A stretch of DNA of 64,000 bases, from positions 198,402,001-198,466,000 of the forward strand of contig NC_086097.1 in assembly GCF_963921235.1 (NCBI RefSeq), read 5' to 3'. Shown here piece after piece: positions 12,997 to 23,958 of this stretch. The notes under the pieces were generated by a model. It worked only from the letters and a program-made list of their open reading frames with translations, had not been told where the DNA came from and ran no database searches. The number at the start of each line of letters is the position of its first letter. The first letter of the stretch is position 1. The DNA is from Mobula hypostoma. Lineage: Eukaryota. Made by a program: the position numbers and the translations under genes.

Positions 12997-13034
12997 CAGT
13001 CGACATTTCAGGCCGAGACCCTTCGTCAGGACTA
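12997..13034 (-). ncRNA. Minimal type I hammerhead ribozyme motif (PLE terminal repeat)
   Basis: Minus strand reads UAGUC-CUGACGA-AGGGUCUCGGCCU-GAAA-UG-UC-GACUG: stem I pairs, core is complete, stem II is short and stem III is vestigial. Activity not shown. Confidence 0.8.
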
Positions 13035-13297
13035 ACTGAAGGAAGAGTGAGTAAGGGATTTGAAAGTTGGAGGGGGAGGGGGAGATACAAAATGATAGGA
13101 GAAGACAGGAGGGGGAGGGATGGAGCCAAGAGCTGGACAGGTGATAGGCAAAAGGGATACGAGAGGATCATGGGACAGGAGGTCCGGGAAGAAAGACGGG
13201 GGGGGGGGGTATATTCAGAGGGAGAAAAAGGAGAGTGAGAGAAAGAATGTGTGTATAAAAATAAGTAACAGATGGGGTACGAGGGGGAGGTGGGGTA

Positions 13298-16005
13298 TTA
13301 GCGGAAGTTAGAGAAGTCGATGTTCATGCCATCAGGTTGGAGGCTACCCAGACGGAATATAAGGTGTTGTTCCTCCAACCTGAGTGTGGCTTCATCTTTA
13401 CAGTAGAGGAGGCCATGGATAGACATGTTAGAATGGGAATGGGATGTGGAATTAAAATGTGTGGCCACTGGGAGATCCTGCTTTCTCTGGCGGACAGAGC
13501 GTAGATGTTCAGCAAAGCGGTCTCCCAGTCTGTGACGGGTCTCGCCAATATATAAAAGGCCACATCGGGAGCACCGGACGCAGTATATCATCCCAGCTGA
13601 CTCACAGGTGAAGTGTTGCTTCACCTGGAAGGACTGTCTAGGGCCCTGAATGGTGGTAAGGGAGGAAGTGTAAGGGCATGTGTAGCACTTGTTCCGCTTA
13701 CACGGATAAGTGCCAGGAGGGAGATCAGTGGGGAGGGATGGGGGGGACGAATGGACAAGGGAGTTGCGTGGGGAGCGATCCCTGCGGAATGCAGAGAGAG
13801 GGGGGGAGGGAAAGATGTGCTTAGTGGTGGGATCCCGTTGGAGGTGGCGGAAGTTACGGAGAATAATATGTTGGACCCGGAGGCTGGTGGGGTGGTAGGT
13901 GAGGACCAGGGGAACCCTATTCCTAGTGGGGTGGTGGGAGGATGGAGTGAGAGCAGATGTACGTGAAATGGGGGAGATGCGTTTAAGAGCAGAGTTGATA
14001 GTGGAGGAAGGGAAGTCCCTTTCTTTAAAAAAGGAAGACATCTCCCTCGTCCTAGAATGAAAAGCCTCATCCTGAGAGCAGATGCGGCGGAGACGGTGGA
14101 ATTGCGAGAAGGGGATGGCGTTTTTGCAAGAGACAGGGTGAGAAGAGGAATAGTCCAGATAGCTGTGAGAGTCAGTAGGCTTATAGTAGACATCAGTGGA
14201 TAAGCTGTCTCCAGAGACAGAGACAGAAAGATCTAGAAAGGGGAGGGAGGTGTCGGAAATAGACCAGGTAAACTTGAGGGCAGGGTGAAAGTTGGAGGCA
14301 AAGTTAATGAAGTCAATGAGTTCTGCATGCGTGCAGGAAGCAGTGCCAATGCAGTCGTCGATGTAGCGAAGGAAAAGTGGGGGACAGATACCAGAATAGG
14401 CACGGAACATAGATTGTTCCACAAAGCCAACAAAAAGGCAGGCATAGCTAGGACCCATTCGGGTGCCCATAGCTACACCTTTAGTTTGGAGGAAGTGGGA
14501 GGAGCCAAAGGAGAAATTATTAAGAGTAAGGACTAATTCCGCTAGACGGAGCAGAGTGGTGGTAGAGGGGAACTGATTAGGTCTGGAATCCAAAAAGAAG
14601 CGTAGAGCTTTGAGACCTTCCTGATGGGGGATGGAAGTATATAGGGACTGGACATCCATGGTGAAAATAAAGCGGTGGGGGCCAGGGAACTTAAAATCAT
14701 CGAAAAGTTTAAGAGCGTGAGAAGTGTCACGAACATAGGTCGGAAGGGATTGAACAAGGGGGGATAAAACCGTGTCGAGGTATGCAGAAATGAGTTCGGT
14801 GGGGCAGGAGCAAGCTGAGACAATAGATCTGCCAGGACAGGCAGGTTTGTGGATCTTGGGTAGGAGGTAGAAACGGGAAGTGCGGGGTGTGGGAACTATA
14901 AGGTTGGTAGCAGTGGATGGGAGATCCCCTGAGCGGATAAAGTTGATGATGGTGTGGGAGACAATGGCCTGGTGCTCCTTAGTGGGTCACGATCAAGGGG
15001 TAAATAAGAGGAGGTATCCGCGAGTTGTCGCTGTGCCTCGGCAAGGTAGCGGTCAGTACGCCAGACTACAACAGCACCCCCCTTATCAGCGGGTTTAATA
15101 ATAAGGTTAGGATTAGTGTGGAGGGAGTGGACAGCAGAGCGTTCCGAAGGGGTGAGGTTGGAATGGGGACAAGGTGCGGTGAAGTCGAGACGGTTGATGT
15201 CCCATCGGCAGTTAGCGATAAAGAGATCCAGAGCAGGCAGAAGACCAGAGCGGGGTGTCCATGAAGAAGAGGAGGGTTGAAGACGGGAGAAGGGGTCATT
15301 GGTGGGGGTGGAAGAGTCCTTGCCGAAGAAGTAGGCTTGGAGACGGAGACGGCAGAAGAAAAGTTCCGCATCATGGTGAACACGGAACTCGCTGAGGTGT
15401 GGGCGAAGGGGAACAAAGGTGAGGCCCTTACTGAGGACAGAGCGTTCTGCCTCCGACAGTTGAAGGTCGGAGGGGATGGTAAAGACCCGGCATGGATGAG
15501 AGCTGGGATCAGAGGAGGGAGGGGGGAGGCTGGGGGTGTCAATGGAGAGGGGAGGGTTGGGGTGAGAGGAAGATGGAGCCTCTGAGGGCCCAGGAGCTGA
15601 CGGTGGGATCTGAGGGAGACAGGATTGCAGAGTATTGGTGGGGGAAAGGGAGACGGGAGTCACAATAGCAGCACATAAAGACCCGGCCTGGAGTTCAAGG
15701 CTGGAGTTGCAGTTGGTGGTTGCGCAATCACTTTGAATGTCTCCATGGTCGTTGCTGGAGTCCGGATTTTGAATATGCCCTGAGGTGTTGGAGCCGGTGA
15801 GATCAATGGCAGAGGCTGCAATCTGAAGTCCATGCCTGCTAGTTTCATGGCCAGCAGGCTCTGGAGTCCGTAGATGTAGGATCTTGCGATCTTTGCCTAA
15901 CATGACAAAGTCAAAAAAACGGCGATTGCAGGCGTGAATCCAACGGAGGATGAAATAACGGGTAGGACTTAGAGACGGTGAAGAAAGACGGCGAAGAAAG
16001 ACGAC
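13298..16005 (-). pseudogene. PLE reverse transcriptase / GIY-YIG endonuclease ORF with one frameshift
   Basis: LSKGLTFVP, IKPADKGGAVVVW, DVQSLYTSIP, GVAMGT, YIDD, CKRNKCYTC, IYCVRCSRCGLLYIGET, RFAEH. One frameshift near 14985. The native start is lost to 5' truncation. Confidence 0.93.
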
Positions 16006-16681
16006 GATGGAAGATTGGTTTGTGTGATGTGCTGGGTTGTGTTCACGATCTTCTGCAGCTTCTTCCAGTATTGGACAGGACAACTTCCATACCAGGTTGT
16101 GATACACTCTAGAAGAATGCTTTCTGCGGTGCGTCTATAAAAATTAGTGAGGGTTTTAGGGGACAGGCCAAATTTCTTTAGCCTTCTCGGGAAGTAAAGG
16201 CGCAGGTGGGCCTTCTTGGCAGTGGACTCTGCTTGGTTGGACCAAGTCAGGTCATTTGTGATATTGACCCCGAGGAACTTAAAGCTTTTGACCTGTTCCA
16301 CTTGCGCACCACCGATGTAAATGGGGTCGTGTGTTCCGCTACTCCTTCTGAAGTCAACAACCAATTCCTTTGTCTTGCTGACGTTGAGGGATAAGTTATT
16401 ATCTTCGCACCATGCCACCAGGTTCTTAATTTCCTCTCTGTACTCAAACTCATCATTACCCGAGATATGGCCTACAATTGTGGTGTCATCAGCAAACTTA
16501 TATATTGAGTTCGATGGAAACTTGGCTACACAATCATGGGTGTACAGTGAGTACAGCAGGGGGCTGAGTACACAGTCTTGTGGGGCACTGGTGCTTAGAG
16601 TGATTGTAGAGGAGAGCTTGTCCCCTATTTTCACACCCTGGTATTCACCTCTCACTACTTCAGTAAAGCAGGCAACATAAT

Positions 16682-17325
16682 AAGAGGGAGGAGAAGATGG
16701 CGGCGTGATGCAGCGCGTGCGGCTGTTCCGAATGAATATCGTATGTGTTAACTAAGGGGCTGTGCACAATCCGGATTTGACGGAGCCAGCCATGAAAAGC
16801 ATGGAGGAACACCTGGAGGAACTTCTGAAATGCCCGTGTCGCTGCCGCTGCTACTGTGCGATCAAGAATCTCCGGAGGGGAAGGCCCCAAATCCTCGGCT
16901 TTGCCTATTGCCTGTGCCGGGCCGGGGTCGAAGCGCTCGGCAGAGATGGTGCGCGGTGTCGGACAGCTGGTCGGAGGCTCGGAGTTTTCGGACGGACTCG
17001 GAGTCGGACTGTGGTCGGATGCTTCCAGGATGCTGCATCGGCAAGTTTGCGGCGCTGGAGGTTCACCGTCTGCGTGAAATGATGGGACTTTCGAGAGGCT
17101 TTGAGACTTTTACCATGCCATGGTCTGTTCTTATCAAATTACGGTATTGCTTTGCACTTTCGTAACTATATGTTATAATTATGTATTTTTTGTTAGTTTT
17201 TAAGTCGGTTTGTCATGTGTTTCCGTGATATCATTCTGGAAAAACATTGTATCATTTCTTAATGTATGCATTACTAAATGACAATAAAAGAGGACTGCGT
17301 GTCCTCATAATCTAATCTAATCTAA
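16682..17325 (+). mobile_element. ORF-less non-autonomous LINE derivative (CpG-rich 5' part plus LINE-type 3' UTR)
   Basis: Starts with AAGATGGCGGC (16694-16704) and ~400 bp of CpG-rich sequence. AT-rich 3' part with AATAAA, stem-loop GAGGAC/GTCCTC (17290-17306) and (TAATC)n tail. Interrupts an older LINE. Confidence 0.7.
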
Positions 17326-18085
17326 TAATCAAAGATCTTACCCACCCCAGACAGCCACTCTTCTCCCCTTCCTATTAGAAAGAAGATCCAAAAACCTGAA
17401 AGTACATGCCACCAGGCTCAAGGACATCTTCTATCCCACTGTTCTAAGACAATTGAATGGTTCCCTCATGTGATACTCTTGATCTTGTTCTACCTCATTA
17501 TGGCGCTGTTTATATTGCCTCTGTGCAGTGCAACTTCAATGTGTTGATCTGTAAAATTGGTGTGCAAGACAAATTTTTCTCTGCACCTCAGTACATGTGA
17601 CAAGTATAAACCAATTTAGTAATTTACCTATTTTATTTACTGAGTGATGCTTCATTTCTCTTGGGCTTATCAAGGTGATAGTAATTATCAAAGAGAAATT
17701 ATCTGCTTTTGTGCCTCACGATAGGGAAAGACAGAAGGTTTATTATGAAAGTGGCGGTGATGAACCTGCGTCAGTTTTAACTTCATTTTCTTTTTGTTAT
17801 CACTAGATATGATAGAGTATGAAAGATCCAGATTTGTATCTCATGCTATCTTCAAATTCATCCTACATTAGTTTTGTAATAAGATCATATTGAAATGATC
17901 TCTTTTAGTAGAGACAAATTGCAATAATATACAATTATTTACACATGCAAATTACCAATTAAGCAGAATTTAGCGTGGCGTCTATGCCCAAGGGAAATAC
18001 CATTATGAAACTAAAAAGTACTCTGACGTTTCTGTGAGAATATCAAACAGTGGTAAATCAAGGCAACTGGACTTGCTGTGTTGTC

Positions 18086-18129
18086 TAGAAGAGGTTTCAC
18101 CACTCATCCAAGAGGCTTCTTCAGTTCTA
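18086..18129 (-). ncRNA. Minimal hammerhead motif, left arm
   Basis: UAGAA-CUGAAGA-A-GCCUCU-UGGAUG-AGUGGU-GAAA-CC-UC-UUCUA. Confidence 0.7.
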
Positions 18130-18406
18130 ATCCATGGTGGGTAGTTTTCCGGCTTATAAACTCTGAGCTGTTTAAAGGTATAGCAATCACATGAGTTTCA
18201 TTAAGAGTCATAGAGCTAATGAGAGAGCCATTAGTCTTATCTTTGCATGAATGGAAATATAAACTGTTGTGCAGACACCAGAGTAGAGAGTTTGGACTAC
18301 ATTGATTGTAAGTAGCTGATTGGTGATGTGATGTCGTATCCCACTCCCTCGGTTCAGGGATGGTTTTTCCAGTTTTCCATCATTTGGAAAACTACCCACC
18401 GTGGAT

Positions 18407-18450
18407 TAGAACTGAAGAAGCCTCTCGGATGTGGGGTGAAATGTCTTCTA
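18407..18450 (+). ncRNA. Minimal hammerhead motif, right arm
   Basis: UAGAA-CUGAAGA-A-GCCUCU-CGGAUG-UGGGGU-GAAA-UG-UC-UUCUA, with a perfect 5-bp stem I. Confidence 0.72.
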
Positions 18451-18741
18451 GACAACACAGCAAGTCCAGTTGGCTTCATTTACTGCTGCTTGATACAGGA
18501 TGACCTAGATGACTGAGAACCTTCATAGACATATTTCTGTCAGAAATTACATGAATTTAGAGTCACGTGGGTGCCGGGCAAGATGGCTGCATGTTAGCGG
18601 AGCTCCGACAACCCACCATGAAAACCTGTTAATTAAAGCATATTTATCCCACCTTGTCCGGATACAGCTGTCCTGCAGTTAAAAACTGTTCATTTTTTCA
18701 CTAAAAGGGCTAATAACAACTTTGAGAGATAATTCTGTACG

Positions 18742-19596
18742 ATGCCAAGACCTAACAGTGCTACAGTGAGCCACGTGGCTACAAGACAGAGCCCACAATC
18801 CGAAGTTCAAGCCACTCTAACAACACAGATGGACCAAGGCTCCAACATGTAGTATTTACTGGCTGAGGTTAGTTGTATGAGTTCCACTCTACTCGTGGTG
18901 GCTGCTGATGTATCTATGATTAAGGAAACAAAAATGGAGTTGAAGAACTCTATCAATGTCATTCAAGAGAGGCTGACGGAAGCCGAGGGCCATCTCTCCA
19001 GGGTGGAGGACACCACTGTGCAACTGGTGGGTGCTAGCGAGCAGAATAAGAAACGCTTGGACCTGCTGTGGAACCATGTGGAGGAGCTTGAGAACAGGAG
19101 CAGACGCAACAATGTCAGGCTGATCAGTCTAAAGGAGGGTGTGGAAACGGGCGGTCTGATTTAGTGTGTGCAAAGAATTATGTCCGAAGGATTTGGCATC
19201 GAACTGAACGCAGAGTTTGAAATTGAGAGGGTGCATCGGGTATCGGCTCCCAGGCCGGGTGGGGATCGCCCCCCCCCCCACGCCCCCAGGCCGGTCCTAA
19301 TATGATTCTTGCGCTCTTCGGCCAGAGAGAAATTGCTGCAAGCAGCCAAAGCAAAGAGAGGAGATGAGTGGGAGGGATGCAAAGTTTCCTTCTTTCCAGA
19401 TATGTCCAGAGGACTGGCTGAAAAACAGAGCGCCTTTACTACGGCTCGGAAAATGCTGCAAAATGTCAAGGTGAGGTACACACTCGCTTATCCAGCAGTT
19501 CTACGCTTCACATGGAAAGGAAAGAACAAGTTCTTTACTACTGCTGCAGAAGCAGAGAAATTCATTCAGAAAAGCTGCTTCGCTAGCATTGACTGA
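18742..19596 (+). pseudogene. L1 ORF1p (coiled coil / RRM / CTD) with stops
   Basis: ENRSRRNNVRLISLKEG, IERVHR, FFPDMS and LAYPAVL motifs. In-frame stops and a frame change. Confidence 0.9.
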
Positions 19597-20012
19597 GAGA
19601 CAGGATTTGATCACAGTAATAGGTGGAGATAACTTTTTAGGTATAACAGAGTGGGTGGGAAGCTGGATGAAGCGGTTTGATTAGGGTGAAGCTTGCTAGC
19701 TGGCACGGCACTTTGCGGAACATATCTTGTGTCTTTTTCTTTTCTGTTTCTTTGTGGAGCTTATCCTGCCTGTTTGTTTTTATTTGTTAGTTAATCTGGC
19801 AGGAATGTATTATTTATATGTTTTTGGGTTATGTTGGTTGTTTACTTGTTGTTTGAGAGCGCAGTATTTGCAGTGTTTTTTGGTAATAATTGAGCATGGG
19901 AATAGAGTACAGCAGGGTTTTTTTTGGATTATTTTTTCAGAGTTATTGCATTCCAGACTCAGCCATCTGGGAAAATATATATTTTTGCATATGTGTGCAT
20001 GAAGTTTGGGAC

Positions 20013-23000
20013 ATGAAAATGGTTAATTTCATATCATGGAACATTAATGGGTGTGGAAACCCAATCAAGAGGAAAAATATTTTATCATACTTTAAAGGTA
20101 AACAAATTGATGTTGCATTTGTCCAGGAAACACATTTTAAAGATGTTGAAGCACTGAAATGTAGAAGAGATTGGGTGGGCCAGGTATTCTATTCATCACT
20201 TAATAGCAAACAAAATGGGACAATGATTTTAATTAACAAAAAACTTAATTTTGTATTGCTTGGAGAATTTAAAGTCAAGGAAGGCAGGAGAATTTGTACA
20301 GATGCACTCATTAATGGGGTGAAAGTAGTACTTTGTAACGTATATGCACCTAATAAGGAAGACCCAGACTTTCTCAACAAGGTGAACGAAATTTTAGGCA
20401 CCAAGGAAGGAAAAATAATTTTAGCAGGAGACTTTAACCAAGTAATGGACCCTGTTATTGATAAAAGCAAATTTCAGACATCACCAGTACCTAGGGACAG
20501 GGCTGCCTTACATCAACTTATTGAGGATATCGGTCTGGTGCATATATGGCGATTGGTGAATCCATCCGGAAAAGAATATACATTTTTTCTCTCATCAACA
20601 TAAATCCTACTCTGGAATAGATTTTTTTCTAATATCCAACTCCATTGTTGAACAGGTGATAGACTGTAAAATTGGCCCGATAGCATTATCAGACCATGCA
20701 CCGGTTGAAATTCAAATTGATTTAAATACTGAAAGGGGAAGGAGGGGTAGATGGCAAATGAATACTATGCTGTTAAAAGATGCGGATTTCAGTGATAAGC
20801 TGGCTGAGGATCTGACTTCGTTTTTTGAATCGAATGCAGGGACCACAGTAAAGCTGTCCTCGGTATGGGAGGCATCCAAGGCGTATATAAGAGGAAAATT
20901 AATAGCACAACATCTAAAAGGAAGAAAGAAAGTATGGAGCAAATAAAAATCTGGAGGCAGAAATAACCACATTGGAAAAGGTTTTTAGCAAGACAATATG
21001 CCAATGACTTATACAAAGATCTGTGCAATTTGAAATTCCAGCTAAATAAAATATATAACAAAGAAGCAGAATATGCATTACTGAATTTAGATTAAAAACA
21101 AGTTTCTATGAAGATGGTGACAAAGCTGGTAAGCTGCTGGCATGATATTTAAAGCAGCAGAATAGGAATAGTGTTTTACCTGTAATTAAGAAAGGGGATA
21201 CATTAGTGTCATCATCTAAAGAAATAAATGAAGTCTTTCGACAGTTCTATGAACATCTATATGCATCACTGTTTAACCATGACCAGGAGGAACTGAATCA
21301 GTTTTTTGCTAACATAAAATTGCCTACATTATCCCCACAACAAGCTGAGTCCTTGGATGCCCCAATTACTGAGGATGTGGTCAGAGGAGCTATTGCGGCT
21401 ATGAAAATGGGGAAATCTCCAGGTATGGATGGCTTCCCAGTTGAATATTATAAGAAATTTCTGGACATATTGGCTCCTATTCTAACAAAAATCTCTTCAG
21501 AAGCACTTAATTTGGAATCTTTACCAAATACATTTAATGAAGCATTAATATCATTGATCCCAAAAAAGGACAGGGAGGCAATAGACTTATAAGCTTAATT
21601 AATGTGGACTGTAAGATACTGACTAAAATACTGGCTTTGCAATTAGAGAATGTATTGCCATCTATAATTAATACTGACCAGGTTGGCTTCATTAAAGGCA
21701 GATCCTCAACTGGCAATTTAAGGAGATTACTGCACTTAACATGGCTGAACTCCCCAAGTAGTATCCCAGTTACTGCCATCTCCCTGGATGCTGAAAAGGC
21801 ATTTGACAGGCTTGAGTGGAGATTTTTAACCATAGCCTTGTCATTCTTTGGGTTTGGCTCTATCTTTAAATCATGGATTAGAATTTTGTATAAAAACCCT
21901 AAGGCTGCAGTTATTACAAATGGTATCATATCCCCATTTTTCAACATTTCACGGGGTACACGCCAAGGCTGCCCCCTCTCCCCACTGTTGTTTATGATTT
22001 TTTTGGAACTGCTGGCAATCATGATTAGGGCAGACTCAAATATTAGAGGAGTGAAGGGAGGTGGAAAGGAGCTTAAGCTGATGTTATATGCTGACGATAT
22101 TTTATTACTGATTAGTGACCCTTCTAACTCCTTACCCCCACTAATGAAAACAATTCAATTATGCTCTGAGGTATCTGGTTATAAAATCAACTGCAATAAA
22201 TCTGAGGCTATGCCAATGTCAAAATTGTGTTTTTCAAATTCAGTATCTCAGTTTAATTTCAGATGGGTGCCAGTTGGAATGAAGTATCTAGGGGTCAAAC
22301 TTAGTCAGAACTTGGATGAAATAATCACTTTAAATTATGACCCTGAAGCACCTTCAATTACTCCAAAAGACTGAAGTTTGGTAAAATACTGAAAGGCTTT
22401 TATTCGCTGTACAATACGACCTCCACAGTGAGTGTCTGCCCCCGGACTGAGGGGGAGGGGCAAGGCGAACATCTTTATACAGGACTCTGTGGGAGGAGCC
22501 ACAGGGGCAGTCAGCAGAGGGGCGTGTCCAGACAGTTAACCCAGTTACAACATATATATATGGTTTACCACAGACCCATTATTGAGTAGGATAATAAACA
22601 ATCTGGATAAGTGGGGGACACTGTGACTGTCACTCTGGGGTAAAGTCAATGTAGTTAAAATGGTCATAGCACCTCAGTTTAACTATCTTTCTATGATGCT
22701 TCCTTTAAATATATCAGATTGATCTACAAGCAATACAAAAAAATTATCAGGGATTTTCTATGGGATAAGAAGAAGCTCAGAATTAAAATGAGTAAGATGT
22801 GTATGTCCAGGGACATGGGTGGGCTCAGTCTACCAGACATCAGGGCATATAAATTATCCTTTGAAATGACCAAGTTAGCTAAACATTGGGACAGGGCTGA
22901 TGTTGATTTAGATTGGGTAATTATAGAATGGAGCCTGGCTGCACCACATTCTCCCCTTAATATCCTCTCACAACATGTGGAAAACAAGACTAATCTAAAT

Positions 23001-23958
23001 CCTATACTATCTCACTCAAGGAGTGTGTGGAGTACAATTCATAAAGCTTGTAGAATGTCACACTTAAACCAGTTATACTCCTTGCTCTGGAATAACCTTG
23101 AGATACGCATTGGGAAAAGAATGGTGTACTGGAAAGAATGGAAGATTAAAGGTGTAAATACAGTAGGAGATCTCTGAGAATGGGATTTTTATGTCATATG
23201 TGGATTTGCAGAGGAAATATAACCTTGTGGATAAAGAGAATTTTTGGAAGTATTTTCAAATAAGACATTGCATTAGTAGCATATTCAAGAACAAAGTAAC
23301 CCTTTAACTGAATACTTTACATTACCACATGAAGTTCATAAAGCATCAGTGTTTTATAAAATGTTCAAGCATTCTGTGGGTGAATCATGTAACAATCTCA
23401 AAGCAGTATGGCAGAAGGATCTTGGAAGCGATATTGAGGATAATAAGTGGTCAAATATTTTATCAAATGTGGGTAGACATATTAGGGAAGCGAGAGGGAA
23501 ATTTATTCAGTATAAGATAGTACGCAGATATTATTGGACACCAGCTGGACTCACAAAATGAGGATTGTTGATAATAATTTATGCTGGAAATGTAAAAAAA
23601 TGAGGTGAGCACATATTTTCACATGATTTGGGAGTGTTCCATGGTTTGTCCATTTTGGTGTAAAGTTCTTGATTTGTTGGGGAGTTTGTCGGGTTCCACA
23701 CTGCCCTTGTGCCCATGGCTATGTCTCCTGGGTGATAGGATAATGATACCTAATGTAAACAATGACAAGTTCACAATTTTAAAGGTAGGTCTCATCACAG
23801 CTGCAAGAATTATATTGCAAAAGTGGGAAAAACCCAGATATCCCACTGTGAAGGAATGGACTGAGGAAATGATTAAGATTTCATCATATGAACACATGTT
23901 GGGAAGAATTAACAGTGAGGGAAAAGTGCAAGACGCGTTAGATCAATTTTGGTTGTAA
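20013..23958 (+). pseudogene. L1 ORF2p (APE endonuclease, RT, C-terminal Cys domain), disrupted
   Basis: SWNING, QETH, AGDFN, SDHAP, KSPGMDG, SLDAEKAFD, RGTRQGCPLSP, YADD, HMIWEC. Several frameshifts and stops, plus an LTR insertion. Confidence 0.95.
22344..22572 (-). mobile_element. Solo LTR (229 bp) inserted in L1 ORF2
   Basis: TG...CA ends and perfect 5-bp TSD GACCC (22339-22343, 22573-22577). Minus-strand TATAAA (22474-22479) followed by AATAAA (22399-22404). Confidence 0.9.

Larger units (their letters stand above)
12936..16005 (-). mobile_element. Penelope-like element (Neptune-type), near-intact, 5'-truncated
   Basis: CpG-rich, with RT, Cys linker and GIY-YIG. Terminal repeat at 12936-~13297. 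8-bp TSD GATGGAAG at 12928-12935 and 16006-16013. Confidence 0.95.
12505..16641 (-). mobile_element. Young Rex1/Babar-type LINE (5'-truncated), split by a PLE
   Basis: RT ORF 15969-16655 (PQDCVLSPLLYSLYT, KFADD, FKFLG) continues into 12738-12935 (SLDSLYTARC...LPSGKRLRS...NSFFPTVIRLLN). (AAAGTAT)n tail at 12505-12530. Confidence 0.92.
12040..17620 (+). mobile_element. Old Rex1/Babar-type LINE split by nested insertions
   Basis: FKFLGVNIT and YNIASILS..I.SWY at 12215-12420. Collinear continuation at 16642-16680 and 17326-17615. Confidence 0.7.
18041..18533. mobile_element. Second PLE family (Penelope/Poseidon-like terminus), two inverted arms, no ORF
   Basis: ~110-bp inverted repeat (18041-18150 and 18386-18495), then a 38-nt tail ...ATGACCTAGATGACTGAGAACCTTCATAGACAT. 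TSD TTTCTGT(G/C)AGAA at 18029-18040 and 18534-18545. Confidence 0.8.

Noticed and set aside
14896..16107. 403-aa ORF as a novel gene
   Set aside because: Junction chimera: the first ~34 codons are host LINE sequence, the rest is the truncated PLE N-terminus running out of frame at the frameshift.
15969..16655. 228-aa RT ORF as a complete protein
   Set aside because: 5'-truncated LINE RT whose true C-terminus lies at 12738-12935; the last residues come from the PLE.
16762..17165. Overlapping GC-rich ORFs as a small gene
   Set aside because: Multiple open frames on both strands are expected from high GC; no recognisable protein.
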